Positions 29,810 to 39,645 of a stretch of 64,000 nucleotides of DNA are shown here, piece by piece. Every line of letters begins with the position of its first letter. Position 1 is the first letter of the stretch. The DNA lies in assembly GCA_965222315.1 (NCBI GenBank), contig OZ244951.1:1999893-2063892 (forward strand), given 5' to 3'. A program made the position numbers and the translations under genes. The notes below the pieces were generated by a model, which was given only the letters and a program-made list of their open reading frames with translations, did no database searches and had not been told where the DNA came from. The stretch comes from Alphaproteobacteria bacterium. GTDB taxonomy: Bacteria; Pseudomonadota; Alphaproteobacteria; Bin95.

Positions 29810-31062
29810 GTCTGATTGGTCCTGAGTTGGGGTGTCATTTGGCGCAGGCGCAGCACGTACCACAGCAATGCCGCCAACTGAATGCCGAGCATGACGGCAA
29901 GCGCTGTCCAATGGGCGGCAGGTGAATACCCTCCGCCAGCGGGCAGGGTGAACTGGTTAATGATGATGCCCACTCCCCATTGCGCGGCGAAAGCACCCGC
30001 AAACATCAGGAAGTTCAGGGTCGTGTTCACCCGGCCCGCCACCGCTGGATCGAAGTGGCGTACCAGCCAGGCAAAGAGCGTAACCGTGCTTGCCGAACCG
30101 AGCGCGAACAGGGGCCAAATAAGCCAGGCGATGGCCGTCAATTCGAACAGTGCCAGCACCTGCGCGAGCATCGCGATGCCCATGCCGCTGAATACCACCC
30201 ACAACAAGCTGATGCCGCGCTTCATCAATGTCTGGCTGATATAGCCCGCCGTTAGCATGCCGGCCATGGTCGTGGTCATATAGGCGAACAGAGACCATTC
30301 CTGTGCGCTCTGACCGAAGCCTGCCACGTCGCGCAACCAGATGGGCGCCCAAAGGCTCAGATAGGCGCTGTTGACGCCGACGCTGGCGATGGATGTCGGC
30401 GCCACCAGCCAGACCAGCGGCGAGCGCAGCACGCCACTCAATTCCCGGAAGCTGGAACCCCAGGTGACGCCGGCAGGGCCAGGGGCGCTGGGCACGCGGA
30501 TGGCGATGAACAGCATCAGCAGGGCGCTGTACCCCATGATGGCGAGGAGCCCGCCGCGCCAGCCGACTTCGGCGATCAGCATGCCCATGGGCGCGGTGCC
30601 GATCATGCCACCGACACCGGTCATGGCAAACAGGCTGGCGGTGATGAACGGCAGACGGTCGGTGGGCGCCCAGATGCGTGCCGCCTTCAGCCCGCTCATC
30701 ATGCTGCCCGCGACGCCCAGGCCGATCAGAAAACGCCCGGCAATTAGCCATACCGGATCGGGCGCCAGCATGAAGATCGCAGCGCCGGCGGTCGCCACCA
30801 GATAGAGCGCGATAATGACTGGGCGAGGGCCATACCGGTCCAGCAGCACGCCTAGCGGCAATTGCATTGCACCGAAGCCGAAGAAGAACGAGCCGGTAAT
30901 GAGGCCCAGTTCCGCGGGCGACAGTCCGAACTCCGCCACCAATTCCGGCGCGATCAAGGCGTTCAGCATCCGGTAGAGGAAGGACAGGATCGGCGTGCAG
31001 TAAAACGGCAGCAAGATCAGGAGAAAGGACTTGCCGGAGGGGGAAGGCACGGGGGCGATCAA
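29806..31062 (-). CDS. MFS transporter
   Basis: 418 aa with about 12 TM helices and an MFS loop motif (GAMQLPLGVLLDRYGPR). Confidence 0.75.
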   Translation of the reverse strand: MIAPVPSPSGKSFLLILLPFYCTPILSFLYRMLNALIAPELVAEFGLSPAELGLITGSFFFGFGAMQLPLGVLLDRYGPRPVIIALYLVATAGAAIFMLAPDPVWLIAGRFLIGLGVAGSMMSGLKAARIWAPTDRLPFITASLFAMTGVGGMIGTAPMGMLIAEVGWRGGLLAIMGYSALLMLFIAIRVPSAPGPAGVTWGSSFRELSGVLRSPLVWLVAPTSIASVGVNSAYLSLWAPIWLRDVAGFGQSAQEWSLFAYMTTTMAGMLTAGYISQTLMKRGISLLWVVFSGMGIAMLAQVLALFELTAIAWLIWPLFALGSASTVTLFAWLVRHFDPAVAGRVNTTLNFLMFAGAFAAQWGVGIIINQFTLPAGGGYSPAAHWTALAVMLGIQLAALLWYVLRLRQMTPQLRTNQT

Positions 31063-31138
31063 CCGTCAACCACGGGGAGGGATGACCGCTAGGATATGGG
31101 TATGCACGGATGATGGGGATGCTCCATCATGTCCATGT

Positions 31139-33412
31139 CTACTTTGTCTTCGCCTCGTAGACGCCGTCCCAGCCGTCGCCTGGCGGGTCTGCGCGCAGTT
31201 CATTGATGCGCAGGGCATATTCTTCGTAAAGCCCAGTCAGGCCGCCTGGATTGGGCGCTATGTCTTCGGGCGGGCCTTCTTGAGCATATGCTAAGGCGCT
31301 ATCCCAGTCCTGGGCACGGTAGGCGCTGAGCATTGCATCGACATGCGCCTTCGTTCGCGCGAATTGCGGCGTGGCGGCCATCGCGGCATCACCCAGCACG
31401 GTGAATACCCGCACGGCTTGTGTCTTGCCCTTCACTTGCAGCAGATCCAGTTCCAGGTAGGCGAAACCGGGGGCAAGGTTGGCCGTATCCTCCGACACAA
31501 CCAGGTCCGTGCCATACATCTTACTTTGCCCCTCCAGGCGGGAGGCGGTGTTGACCGTGTCGCCCAGGCAGGAATAGTCGAAGCGCAAGTCGCTGCCCAT
31601 ATTGCCGACAACGCAATCGCCCGTGTTAAGGCCCATGCCGATACGTACGGGCGGCAGGGCGCGGCCTTCTTCCGCCGCTTCCGCCTGCCATTCCGGCACC
31701 AGTTCCGCGAGTCTTGCGCGGATGGTTAACGCTGCGCCCACCGCTTGGGTGGCGTGATCGGGCTCGTCCACCGGGGCGTTCCAGAAGGCCATGATCGCAT
31801 CACCCATGTATTTGTCGATGGTGCCGCCGCTCTCCATGATGATGTCGGTCATTGGGGTGAGGAACTTGTTGATAAACTGGGTGAGCTGAATTGGCGTCAT
31901 GCTTTCAGAGATCGGCGTAAACCCTCTTATGTCGCAGAAAAAAAGTGTTAACGGACGGAGTTCTCCGCCCAATTGCGGTTCCTGGCCGGACTCCGCCATG
32001 CGCGAGACCAGCGCCGGGGAAAGGTAGCGCCCGAAGGTAGAACGCACCCGTTGCCGCTCCCTTTCGCTAAGGAGGTATTGAGTGGAGGTAACGACCAGAT
32101 AAACTATCAACGCGCCAACGGCCGGGTAGAGCGGGTCCACCAACAACCGGGCTTCCGAGTAGGCCAGCCATGAGCCAATGCCGCCACCTGCGGCGGCAAC
32201 CAGCCCGATCAGCGCGCAAGGTACCGGTCCCAGCCACGGCAGCAGGAAGACGAACACAAGGCCCATCATACCAAGCCCTAAGAACTCGGCTGCATCTGCC
32301 CAGCCTGGCCGGATCAAGTAATGGCCCAAGATCATCTGCTCAAGTGCCTGAGCATGAACGTAAATTCCCGGTACGCCACTGGTGAGTGATGTGGCGCGGA
32401 GATCCCGCAAACCCGGCGCTGTCGCGCCGATTAGCATGATTTGGCCCTCGACCAGCTCGATGAGCGCTTCCGGTTCTTGCAGCACGCGCCAAGCGGGAAT
32501 CGTGCGTTCGGGGATATCCTCTGAGTAGTGAATCCAGAATTGCGTGTCCTGCGCCATTGGTATTTCGAGTGCGCCGACTCGAAGGAGGTTCAAGCCATAG
32601 AATGCGCCTAGCCGGAACTCGCCCTGTGCATGAGCGGACCGCGCCACCAACGTGCTGGCGCCCTGGGCGACGCGCAGTGCCTCGACGGAGATCGTCGGGA
32701 TAATCGCATCGTCGATTTTCGAGAGCAGGGGCATGCGCCGGACAATCCCATCGCGCTCCGGCAGGTACGAGAAGTTGGCAAAGCCGGTGGCGGCCTCTTC
32801 CAGAACGGCTAGGTTACGGGTGGCGTGATCGAACTTTGGAATTGAATCGATCACGTCCTGATGGCCGGCAAATCCGACGCGCTTGGGCAAAGGTTCGGTG
32901 TTGCCTGCCTCACCGTGAAAGATCATGCCTAAAACACTTGGCGAGTTCGCGATGGCTTCGGCAAGGCGGTCGTCGTGGTCGCGAAGGCTCCGGAGGTGCG
33001 GCGCGATTTGTTCGCGAACTTCCTCCGGCAGTTTCCAGTCGCGGATGACTGTTGCCGGCGATGTGCGGTCTGGCTCAGCAAAAACAATATCAAACCCGAT
33101 CGCAGCAGAGCCGAGCGCGTTGAGATTGTCCACCAGATCAGCCATGATATGCCGCGGCCAGGGCCATTGGCCGAAGCGCCGCAGCGATTCCTCGTCCACG
33201 GCGATGACACGCACCGGGGCGGCCTCGTAGGTGCGGGGCGCGAGTTGTTGATAGCGGTCAAATACAAGGAAACGCGCAATTTTCAGGCCACCAGGATCCG
33301 CCCAACGGAGGGCCAAGGCCGCAAATAGTGCCAGTAACCCAGCAAGTATCACAATACCGCGGCGGCTAAAAATTCGTCGAGTGTGCTTTTTTTCACTCTC
33401 ATTTTTTGCCAT
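31139..33412 (-). CDS. CHASE2 sensor-domain adenylate/guanylate cyclase
   Basis: N-terminal TM segment, periplasmic CHASE2 region and three TM helices, then a class III cyclase domain (FFCDIRGFTPISE...KYMGDAIMAFWNAP...IGMGLNTGDCVVGNMGS...GDTVNTASRLE). Confidence 0.75.
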   Translation of the reverse strand: MAKNESEKKHTRRIFSRRGIVILAGLLALFAALALRWADPGGLKIARFLVFDRYQQLAPRTYEAAPVRVIAVDEESLRRFGQWPWPRHIMADLVDNLNALGSAAIGFDIVFAEPDRTSPATVIRDWKLPEEVREQIAPHLRSLRDHDDRLAEAIANSPSVLGMIFHGEAGNTEPLPKRVGFAGHQDVIDSIPKFDHATRNLAVLEEAATGFANFSYLPERDGIVRRMPLLSKIDDAIIPTISVEALRVAQGASTLVARSAHAQGEFRLGAFYGLNLLRVGALEIPMAQDTQFWIHYSEDIPERTIPAWRVLQEPEALIELVEGQIMLIGATAPGLRDLRATSLTSGVPGIYVHAQALEQMILGHYLIRPGWADAAEFLGLGMMGLVFVFLLPWLGPVPCALIGLVAAAGGGIGSWLAYSEARLLVDPLYPAVGALIVYLVVTSTQYLLSERERQRVRSTFGRYLSPALVSRMAESGQEPQLGGELRPLTLFFCDIRGFTPISESMTPIQLTQFINKFLTPMTDIIMESGGTIDKYMGDAIMAFWNAPVDEPDHATQAVGAALTIRARLAELVPEWQAEAAEEGRALPPVRIGMGLNTGDCVVGNMGSDLRFDYSCLGDTVNTASRLEGQSKMYGTDLVVSEDTANLAPGFAYLELDLLQVKGKTQAVRVFTVLGDAAMAATPQFARTKAHVDAMLSAYRAQDWDSALAYAQEGPPEDIAPNPGGLTGLYEEYALRINELRADPPGDGWDGVYEAKTK

Positions 33413-33519
33413 ATGTGACCACCATCAATAGATTTTCCGGCTGAATGTGCGTATATTCGTATGAAGCTGGTTTGATTCGATGTTAAAGAAACTGGCGTTG
33501 GACCTTTGGGCGTAACCTA

Positions 33520-35037
33520 GTGAGCCAAGCAAGGCAGACCATTAATCGCAAATACTCGCAACCTGCGCCTGCGCGGGTGGCGATGCTTGTTTGCGTCCTG
33601 GCGGTTGCATTGTTCTCGTTTCTCATGGCGGGCGCTCCGGTACAAGCAGCCCCGGTTATTGGCTCGGCGTCAACAGTTGTACGTGACGTGAAAGGGCAAT
33701 TGGAGCGCAATTGGCGCGAGGTCGTCATTCACGACGACGTTCATCAGGACGAATTGATTAAGACGGGATCCGCTAGTGCAGCCCGACTAGTGTTTGCCGA
33801 CCGCACCGACTTTATGATCGGCGCAGAGTCCGAGGTTGTGCTGGACAAGTTCATTTATGATGCGACTTCAAACTCCGGGCAGTTGGTTCTGCGGGCAACC
33901 AAGGGTCTGATGAAGTTCCGCACGGGCAGTATGTCCAGCCGTTCATACCGTATCGACACGCCGGTCGCGACCGTCGGCGTACGCGGCACCGAGTTTGTAC
34001 TCCAGGTCTTCGAGGGCGGCGGCTCGTACATCAAAGTGATATCGGGCGAAGTGGTCGTGACGGATCACCGGAACAAATCGCTTTCTGTAAAAGCCGGTGA
34101 AACGGCAATTGTGTTCCCAGAATCCGATGCCCGCGCCGCGGCCGGTCCACGCTTGATCGCCGCAGGGGACTTTGCCCTGAGCGACCAGACTCGCGAAATG
34201 ATCGCACAGATCGTCTTTTCGGAAAGTACGACACAGACTCAACTGACAACCCAGGGGCAGCAAGCGGCTTCCTTTTCCGGCAATACGATCCAACTCAGTG
34301 CGATTGCCAATGGTGGCAACTCTCCAATTGCGGTCAATCCTGTAAAGCCTGCGCCACAGATTAAAACGGGATCCTCCGGCTCCTCCTTGCAGTCGCTTGT
34401 CCCTTCGCGGCAAGTTTTCGTGCCCCGCGGCTTACCCGGTTCATTCTTCAATAGCGGTTTCGACTCGGGGTTGAGCGGCTGGACATTTAGAGGCTCGGGG
34501 TCGGTGACTGTCATTCCTGATCCAGCTGATTCATTGAACAATGTGGCCCAACTGACAACCGGATCGCCAGTTTCGCTGGAGCAGACTTTTGAGCCGCTTG
34601 ATGAACCGTTCTCCATCAAGTTTTGGCGGCGGTTCTTGAGCGACAAGGGCGTGTTGTGCGTTTACGTCGAACCGGTAGAAGGTGATGCGGGTGAAAGCGC
34701 CAGCGCGAAGAATGATCCCGAACCCGCTTGTGATTCGGGCGCCCTGGCGGCTTTCGCATCGGTCGGTGCCGAACTTGCGATGCAGGAAGTAAGCATCGAT
34801 GTTCTGGATGAAGCGCTGTACGGTCTCGATCAATTGTTGCTGCGGCTGGTTTTCACCGCGGAAGAGGGTGGAGTTCAGGTGTTGCTGGACGACCTGACGA
34901 CGGTGCCCTATGTCGAGGGAGAGCCAGGTTCGACCGAGGTTCCGCTGGCACCGTCTATCGTATTTGTGGCCGGTACCTTCATCGTTGCTGGTCTGGCTGC
35001 TCGGTGGAGGCGGCGTCGGTCACAGGCCCTCTGGTAG
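33520..35037 (+). CDS. FecR-domain exported protein with a C-terminal VPLPA-CTERM-like sorting tail
   Basis: N-terminal signal/TM segment and a FecR-like beta domain (...ATVGVRGTEFVLQV...GEVVVTD...). The C-terminus is ...EVPLAPSIVFVAGTFIVAGLAARWRRRRSQALW (motif + TM + Arg-rich). Divergent from the CHASE2 cyclase. Confidence 0.55.
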   Translation: MSQARQTINRKYSQPAPARVAMLVCVLAVALFSFLMAGAPVQAAPVIGSASTVVRDVKGQLERNWREVVIHDDVHQDELIKTGSASAARLVFADRTDFMIGAESEVVLDKFIYDATSNSGQLVLRATKGLMKFRTGSMSSRSYRIDTPVATVGVRGTEFVLQVFEGGGSYIKVISGEVVVTDHRNKSLSVKAGETAIVFPESDARAAAGPRLIAAGDFALSDQTREMIAQIVFSESTTQTQLTTQGQQAASFSGNTIQLSAIANGGNSPIAVNPVKPAPQIKTGSSGSSLQSLVPSRQVFVPRGLPGSFFNSGFDSGLSGWTFRGSGSVTVIPDPADSLNNVAQLTTGSPVSLEQTFEPLDEPFSIKFWRRFLSDKGVLCVYVEPVEGDAGESASAKNDPEPACDSGALAAFASVGAELAMQEVSIDVLDEALYGLDQLLLRLVFTAEEGGVQVLLDDLTTVPYVEGEPGSTEVPLAPSIVFVAGTFIVAGLAARWRRRRSQALW

Positions 35038-35078
35038 TAGAGCCCGCAGCAATGAGTAACAAATCAAGTCAGCGACCT

Positions 35079-35107
35079 AGAGCCGGGCGGAGCAAATGCC
35101 CGGCTCT
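35079..35107. terminator. Bidirectional terminator hairpin between convergent FecR-like and cysteine synthase genes
   Basis: AGAGCCGGGC-GGAGCAAAT-GCCCGGCTCT: perfect 10-bp stem with a 9-nt loop. Confidence 0.45.
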
Positions 35108-35122
35108 ACGTGCTTCGAGGTT

Positions 35123-36205
35123 TTAGCCCATCTGATAGCCGGGCGTGGACTGAGAAATGGCGATCTCGTCGTTGCTCATTTCCTCCTCAATCCCCTCGAA
35201 TAGAGGCGTGGAGAGGTAGCGCTCGCCGGTGTCCGGCAGCATGGCTAGGATGACTGAGCCAGGCTCCGCCTTTTCCGCAATCTGCATGGCGATGGCGAGG
35301 GATGAGCCGCCGGAAATGCCGGTGAGAATGCCTTCCTTGGACGCCAATTCTTTTGCCCATTTAATGCCATCCGGGCCGGCGACGGGTATCAATTCGTCGT
35401 AAAGATTGTTGTCTATCGATTCCTGCAGGACGTAGGGGATGAAGTCCGGGGTCCAGCCCTGGATGGGATGGGGTTCGAAGGCAGGGTGGCTCACGGCTGG
35501 GGAGTTGGCCGCATTACGCTTCTGGGCATGGCCGCTGCCGACGATCTGCGCATTGGCAGGCTCACTCAGGATGATTTTCGTATCGGGCCGTTCCTTACGC
35601 AGCACCCGGCCAACGCCGGTGACAGTGCCGCCGGTACCATAGCCGGTCACGAAATAGTCCAGGCGGTCGCCAGCGAAGTCCGTCATGATCTCCCTTGCCG
35701 TCGTCGTCTCGTGAATGTCGGCATTGGAGGCGGTTTCGAACTGGCTTGCCAGGAACCAGCCGTTCTTCTCTGCCAGTTCGACGGCCTTGTTGTACATGCC
35801 GAAGCCCTTTTCGGCCCGCGGGGTCAGCACCACTTTCGCGCCGAACATTCGCATCAGCTTGCGCCGTTCAATGGAGAAACTGTCGGCCATGGTGATGACC
35901 AGAGGATAGCCTTTTTGTGCGCACACCATGGCAAGGCCGATGCCGGTGTTGCCACTGGTGGCTTCCACAACAGTCTGGCCGGGCTTGAGCGCGCCACTGC
36001 GCTCGGCAGCCTCGATGATGTTGACGGCGAGTCTGTCTTTGACGGAGGCAGCGGGGTTGAAAAACTCTGCCTTAACGTAGAGCCGGACGCCAGGCGGCGC
36101 GATATTTTTGACTTCGATGCAGGGCGTATTGCCCACGGTTTCGATGATGCCTTCATAAAGGCGGCCGCGGCCCGCGGTGGCGCGGACGTTTGGATCGTTT
36201 GGCAT
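35123..36205 (-). CDS. Cysteine synthase / cystathionine beta-synthase family PLP enzyme
   Basis: PALP-fold signatures (lysine motif SVKDRLA, glycine loop TSGNTGIGLA, ...GISGGSS...) with a ~40-aa C-terminal extension. Start taken at MPNDPN. Confidence 0.75.
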   Translation of the reverse strand: MPNDPNVRATAGRGRLYEGIIETVGNTPCIEVKNIAPPGVRLYVKAEFFNPAASVKDRLAVNIIEAAERSGALKPGQTVVEATSGNTGIGLAMVCAQKGYPLVITMADSFSIERRKLMRMFGAKVVLTPRAEKGFGMYNKAVELAEKNGWFLASQFETASNADIHETTTAREIMTDFAGDRLDYFVTGYGTGGTVTGVGRVLRKERPDTKIILSEPANAQIVGSGHAQKRNAANSPAVSHPAFEPHPIQGWTPDFIPYVLQESIDNNLYDELIPVAGPDGIKWAKELASKEGILTGISGGSSLAIAMQIAEKAEPGSVILAMLPDTGERYLSTPLFEGIEEEMSNDEIAISQSTPGYQMG

Positions 36206-36351
36206 GAGGTTCCTCCAGAAAAGCCGTAATGTGCGGAGCCGCACATTGCGACAGAAGAGGTGGGCAGGGAACCGCAAAGTACCGTCAATACGAAAACCTC
36301 TGGAAACACGGTGCATTTCCAGGGGGTGTAAGCAAATAACCTGAAGAACCG

Positions 36352-37206
36352 TCAGGCTTGGTCGATGATCTTCACGATGAAGTTGGGTAGCGCAAACGAC
36401 GCTACGTGAGTCGCCGGGTTGTAGTATAGGGTCTCGATTCCCAGCGCATCGAAACGGGCCTGGATGGTCTCCAGGCTCTGGTGGCGCAGGTCAGCGTCAT
36501 CTGTTGCCCAGCCGAGCGTCATAAAGCCCAGCGCATAGGTCGGGCAGGAAATGACGTAGCAGCCGGCATCATCAAACAGCGACCGAAAGTGCCTGACAGA
36601 GCTTTTCAATTCATCGCCCTGAACGAACGGCACGCCGTTCTGGGTGACGAGAATACCACCCGGTGTCAGGCAATTTTTACAGTGGCTGTAGAACTCATGC
36701 GTAAAGAGGACAGCGCCCGGTCCAATCGGATCGGTCGAATCGACCAGCACTAAGTCAAACTTCTGGTCGGTCTCGGCGACGAATTTTGCGCCGTCGCCGA
36801 TGACCAGGTTGACCCTGGGATCGTCATAGGCCTGGCCGCAGATGCTGGAGAGGTGCTCTTTCGAGATCTCCACAACACCGCCGTCCAGTTCGACTTCGGT
36901 GACATGCTCGACATCGTGCTTCAGCACTTCTTCCAGCAAACCACCGTCGCCGCCGCCGATGATCAGCACGCGCTTTACAGACCCATGGGCCAGCAGCGGC
37001 ACGTGCGCGAACATCTCGTGGTAGACGAACTCGTCGCCCTCTGTCGTTTGCACGACACCGTCCAACGTCATGAAGCGGCCGAATTTCCGGTTCCGCATGA
37101 TCTTGATGTCCTGAAAGCCGGTATGGCCTTCATAGAGGACTTCTTCGATCTCCAGACGCTGGCCGACTCCGTCGTGCAGGACTTCGTCGAACCAGGTTCC
37201 GCTCAT
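36352..37206 (-). CDS. speE: Polyamine aminopropyltransferase (spermidine synthase)
   Basis: WFDE...GQRLEIEEVLYE...VLIIGGGDGG...VIVDSTDP motifs in about 284 aa. ATGA overlap with the upstream speH. Confidence 0.8.
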   Translation of the reverse strand: MSGTWFDEVLHDGVGQRLEIEEVLYEGHTGFQDIKIMRNRKFGRFMTLDGVVQTTEGDEFVYHEMFAHVPLLAHGSVKRVLIIGGGDGGLLEEVLKHDVEHVTEVELDGGVVEISKEHLSSICGQAYDDPRVNLVIGDGAKFVAETDQKFDLVLVDSTDPIGPGAVLFTHEFYSHCKNCLTPGGILVTQNGVPFVQGDELKSSVRHFRSLFDDAGCYVISCPTYALGFMTLGWATDDADLRHQSLETIQARFDALGIETLYYNPATHVASFALPNFIVKIIDQA

Positions 37207-37784
37207 TTCAGTGCGCTGACCTGCAAGCCGCGGCGATGCTCCGTCAGATTGACGGTCGCCGGAGAGAAGGCTTCCTTCAGCACCTTGATGGCGTTGTAGG
37301 GATTGCAGTCGCCGCACATGAAGATATCCAGCGCTGCAAAGTTCCGCTCCGGCCAGGTGTGAATGCTGATATGGCTCTCGGAGAGAACCACTACGCCGGA
37401 AACGCCGCCATTTGGCTGAAAATGGTGCAGGTCGACGTTCAGGATGGTCGCGCCCGATACAATGGCCGACTTGCGTAACGCAGCCTCCACCGTTTCCAGG
37501 TCGTCCAGATTGGACGCACCGGCCAGATCGATCAGCAGGTGAATACCGGCAAATTCCAGGCCATCTTTCTTCACAAAGAAGTCCAGACGTTCGTCTTCGG
37601 CAGGCGCAACGTACTCCGTCACGCCGGCGGTATGCCTCTGATCAGCCTGATCGCGATCCATACAATGAGGATCGACAACCCGAACGGCTTCGTGTTCTTC
37701 AGGCTGTAGAGCGGACGGGACGTCAAAAGACGACTCGTACCCCGCGGCAACAGCCAGCTCTTCGAAAGTGCGATTATCATTCAT
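37203..37784 (-). CDS. speH: S-adenosylmethionine decarboxylase proenzyme (class 1B)
   Basis: Self-cleavage/active-site region VVLSESHISIHTWPE in a 193-aa protein. Confidence 0.8.
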   Translation of the reverse strand: MNDNRTFEELAVAAGYESSFDVPSALQPEEHEAVRVVDPHCMDRDQADQRHTAGVTEYVAPAEDERLDFFVKKDGLEFAGIHLLIDLAGASNLDDLETVEAALRKSAIVSGATILNVDLHHFQPNGGVSGVVVLSESHISIHTWPERNFAALDIFMCGDCNPYNAIKVLKEAFSPATVNLTEHRRGLQVSALK

Positions 37785-38054
37785 CGCAAATCTCCCGTGA
37801 ACCGGTATTGGGGGGTGGCAGGAAAGGCGCGCCTTATGACGGAAAGGTTCCGGTGGCGCAAGTTATTTCTTCGTACAACATCAAAGATTTTTTTCCTGCC
37901 TGAATGAAGGGCGCATGCGGGCCGCCCATTGCCCTGAAAACAGGCAGTGAAGCAAGCGGCGCAAACCTGCCTGATAGGCAAGAAATAGCGCACTGAGTGC
38001 GCAATTCAAGGGAAGATATCTAGCCCGTGCAGTATGCGGTACCCGGGCGACGCT

Positions 38055-38723
38055 TTAGGTCCGGCGGTTCCGGCGACGACCGAGGCGAAGACTCCCGGAC
38101 GTCAGCACCGCTGCAGCGAGAAGGCTGATGGAAGCTGGCAGTGGCACCGTGGTTGGGGCTGGCACCGGCGGGGAGGCCGTGCCGATCAGTTGGTGACCGG
38201 CGTTTTGATGGGAGACGATGGAGCGGCTTTCCGCAACGTTGGTGTCAACCCAGTATTGCTCGTCCGGCGTGCCCAGATCACTAGCGCAAAAGTTCGTACC
38301 GATACACCAGGCAAAAGCAGCGCCGGCAGACCTCCCTGATATGGAAAACACGCTATAGACGCCGGAGTAGGAAGGTTCGAACCGGAACTCCATCTCGGTG
38401 GCGGTCGCGAACATGCCATGGCCATAATTGGCCGGACCTTCGATATCGTATGTCAGTATGGAGCTTGCGGCCGTAGCAGCCGCAGACTGCGAACCGGTGG
38501 CAATCGCCAAATTCCAGCCGACAATGTCACCTGGGGCCAACAGACCGATGGTGCCGTCGGTTGTAATCGTGCCTTGCAGCCGCGCCGACGGGCCGAAACC
38601 GGTTGCCGCGCCCGTAAATATCCGGTCGACGGAATACGAGATGCTGGCGGCGCTACCAGCCGTTGGCAGCACCGCAATTGCGCAGCAAAACGCTGCCACG
38701 AGCCTGTTCATCTGACCTGCCAT
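38055..38723 (-). CDS. Secreted protein with VPLPA-CTERM sorting domain (paralog A)
   Basis: Signal peptide, conserved core (GTITTDGTIG...FAWCIGTNFC..DLGTPDE), and the C-terminus ...TVPLPASISLLAAAVLTSGSLRLGRRRNRRT. Confidence 0.55.
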   Translation of the reverse strand: MAGQMNRLVAAFCCAIAVLPTAGSAASISYSVDRIFTGAATGFGPSARLQGTITTDGTIGLLAPGDIVGWNLAIATGSQSAAATAASSILTYDIEGPANYGHGMFATATEMEFRFEPSYSGVYSVFSISGRSAGAAFAWCIGTNFCASDLGTPDEQYWVDTNVAESRSIVSHQNAGHQLIGTASPPVPAPTTVPLPASISLLAAAVLTSGSLRLGRRRNRRT

Positions 38724-38955
38724 CTCCTGCTATCGCCTAGTCAAGCGCCGGATGCCGGAAGCGTGGCCCAGCGCATGGCACAACTATAAAGAGATATTCA
38801 GGTGAGAAAACAGCAATATAAATGTTGAATTATTCAGGTACGACACATCGGGGCCGGAACTGTGGATAACCTCGATCCGGCCAATTCTCCCGCAGCCCCG
38901 GTTGGCCTCTGCGCGCGATGCGGCGGGCGGCCGCATTACCGGGTCCAGTGTGGAT

Positions 38956-39645
38956 TTAAGCGCGGAGGGGAGGGGACGGCAGTCTGGGGGCTTGTTTTCG
39001 GCGGCGCCGCGCTTGGCGCAAGCCGCTGCCTGCGGCGGCCATCAAGCCGGCGCTGGCAAGTAACAGGATGCCGCCCGGCAATGGCACCGGCGCTGCCAGG
39101 TTTTCCCGGTCTGCCGTACCATATTCCGCGACGGTCCGGCTCTCGTCTTTGTCGAAGCGGATCAGGACCAGTTCATCGGGAATACCGAAATCGTTGTTGC
39201 AGAAGTTGGTTCCGATGCACCAGGCGAAGAAATTGGGAAGCGAGGTGTCTCCGGTAACCGAACTGCCCCCCCAGATGCCGAAAATGGAGTAGAGCGAGCT
39301 GAAGGCAGGCCCGAAAACAAAGTCCAGCCCGGACGGGCCAGCGAACAATCCCTGGTTGTACAAGGTCGGGTCCACTGTTTGGAAGTCGAGCAGTGAGTTG
39401 GAGGGATCGACCGACAGTTGATAAGGGCCGGTCGTCAGCGAAAGGCTCCAATCAAGGATGTTGGACGGCGTAAGGAAGCCAAATGTACCGTCCGTGGTGA
39501 TCGTGCCTTTGACTTGGGCCGGCGGGCCAAAGACTGTTTTACCGGGCGTCAAGGTTCGTTCGACCGAGTAAATGACGTTCGCGGCAGCGCGTGTGCCGTA
39601 CACGGTCAGCACCAAGGCTGCCAATAAAATTCCAAGCTTCCGCAT
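38956..39645 (-). CDS. Secreted protein with VPLPA-CTERM sorting domain (paralog B)
   Basis: Signal peptide MRKLGILLAALVLTVYGTRAAA, the same conserved core (GTITTDGTFG...FAWCIGTNFC..DFGIPDE), and the C-terminus ...PVPLPGGILLLASAGLMAAAGSGLRQARRRRKQ. Confidence 0.55.
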   Translation of the reverse strand: MRKLGILLAALVLTVYGTRAAANVIYSVERTLTPGKTVFGPPAQVKGTITTDGTFGFLTPSNILDWSLSLTTGPYQLSVDPSNSLLDFQTVDPTLYNQGLFAGPSGLDFVFGPAFSSLYSIFGIWGGSSVTGDTSLPNFFAWCIGTNFCNNDFGIPDELVLIRFDKDESRTVAEYGTADRENLAAPVPLPGGILLLASAGLMAAAGSGLRQARRRRKQAPRLPSPPLRA

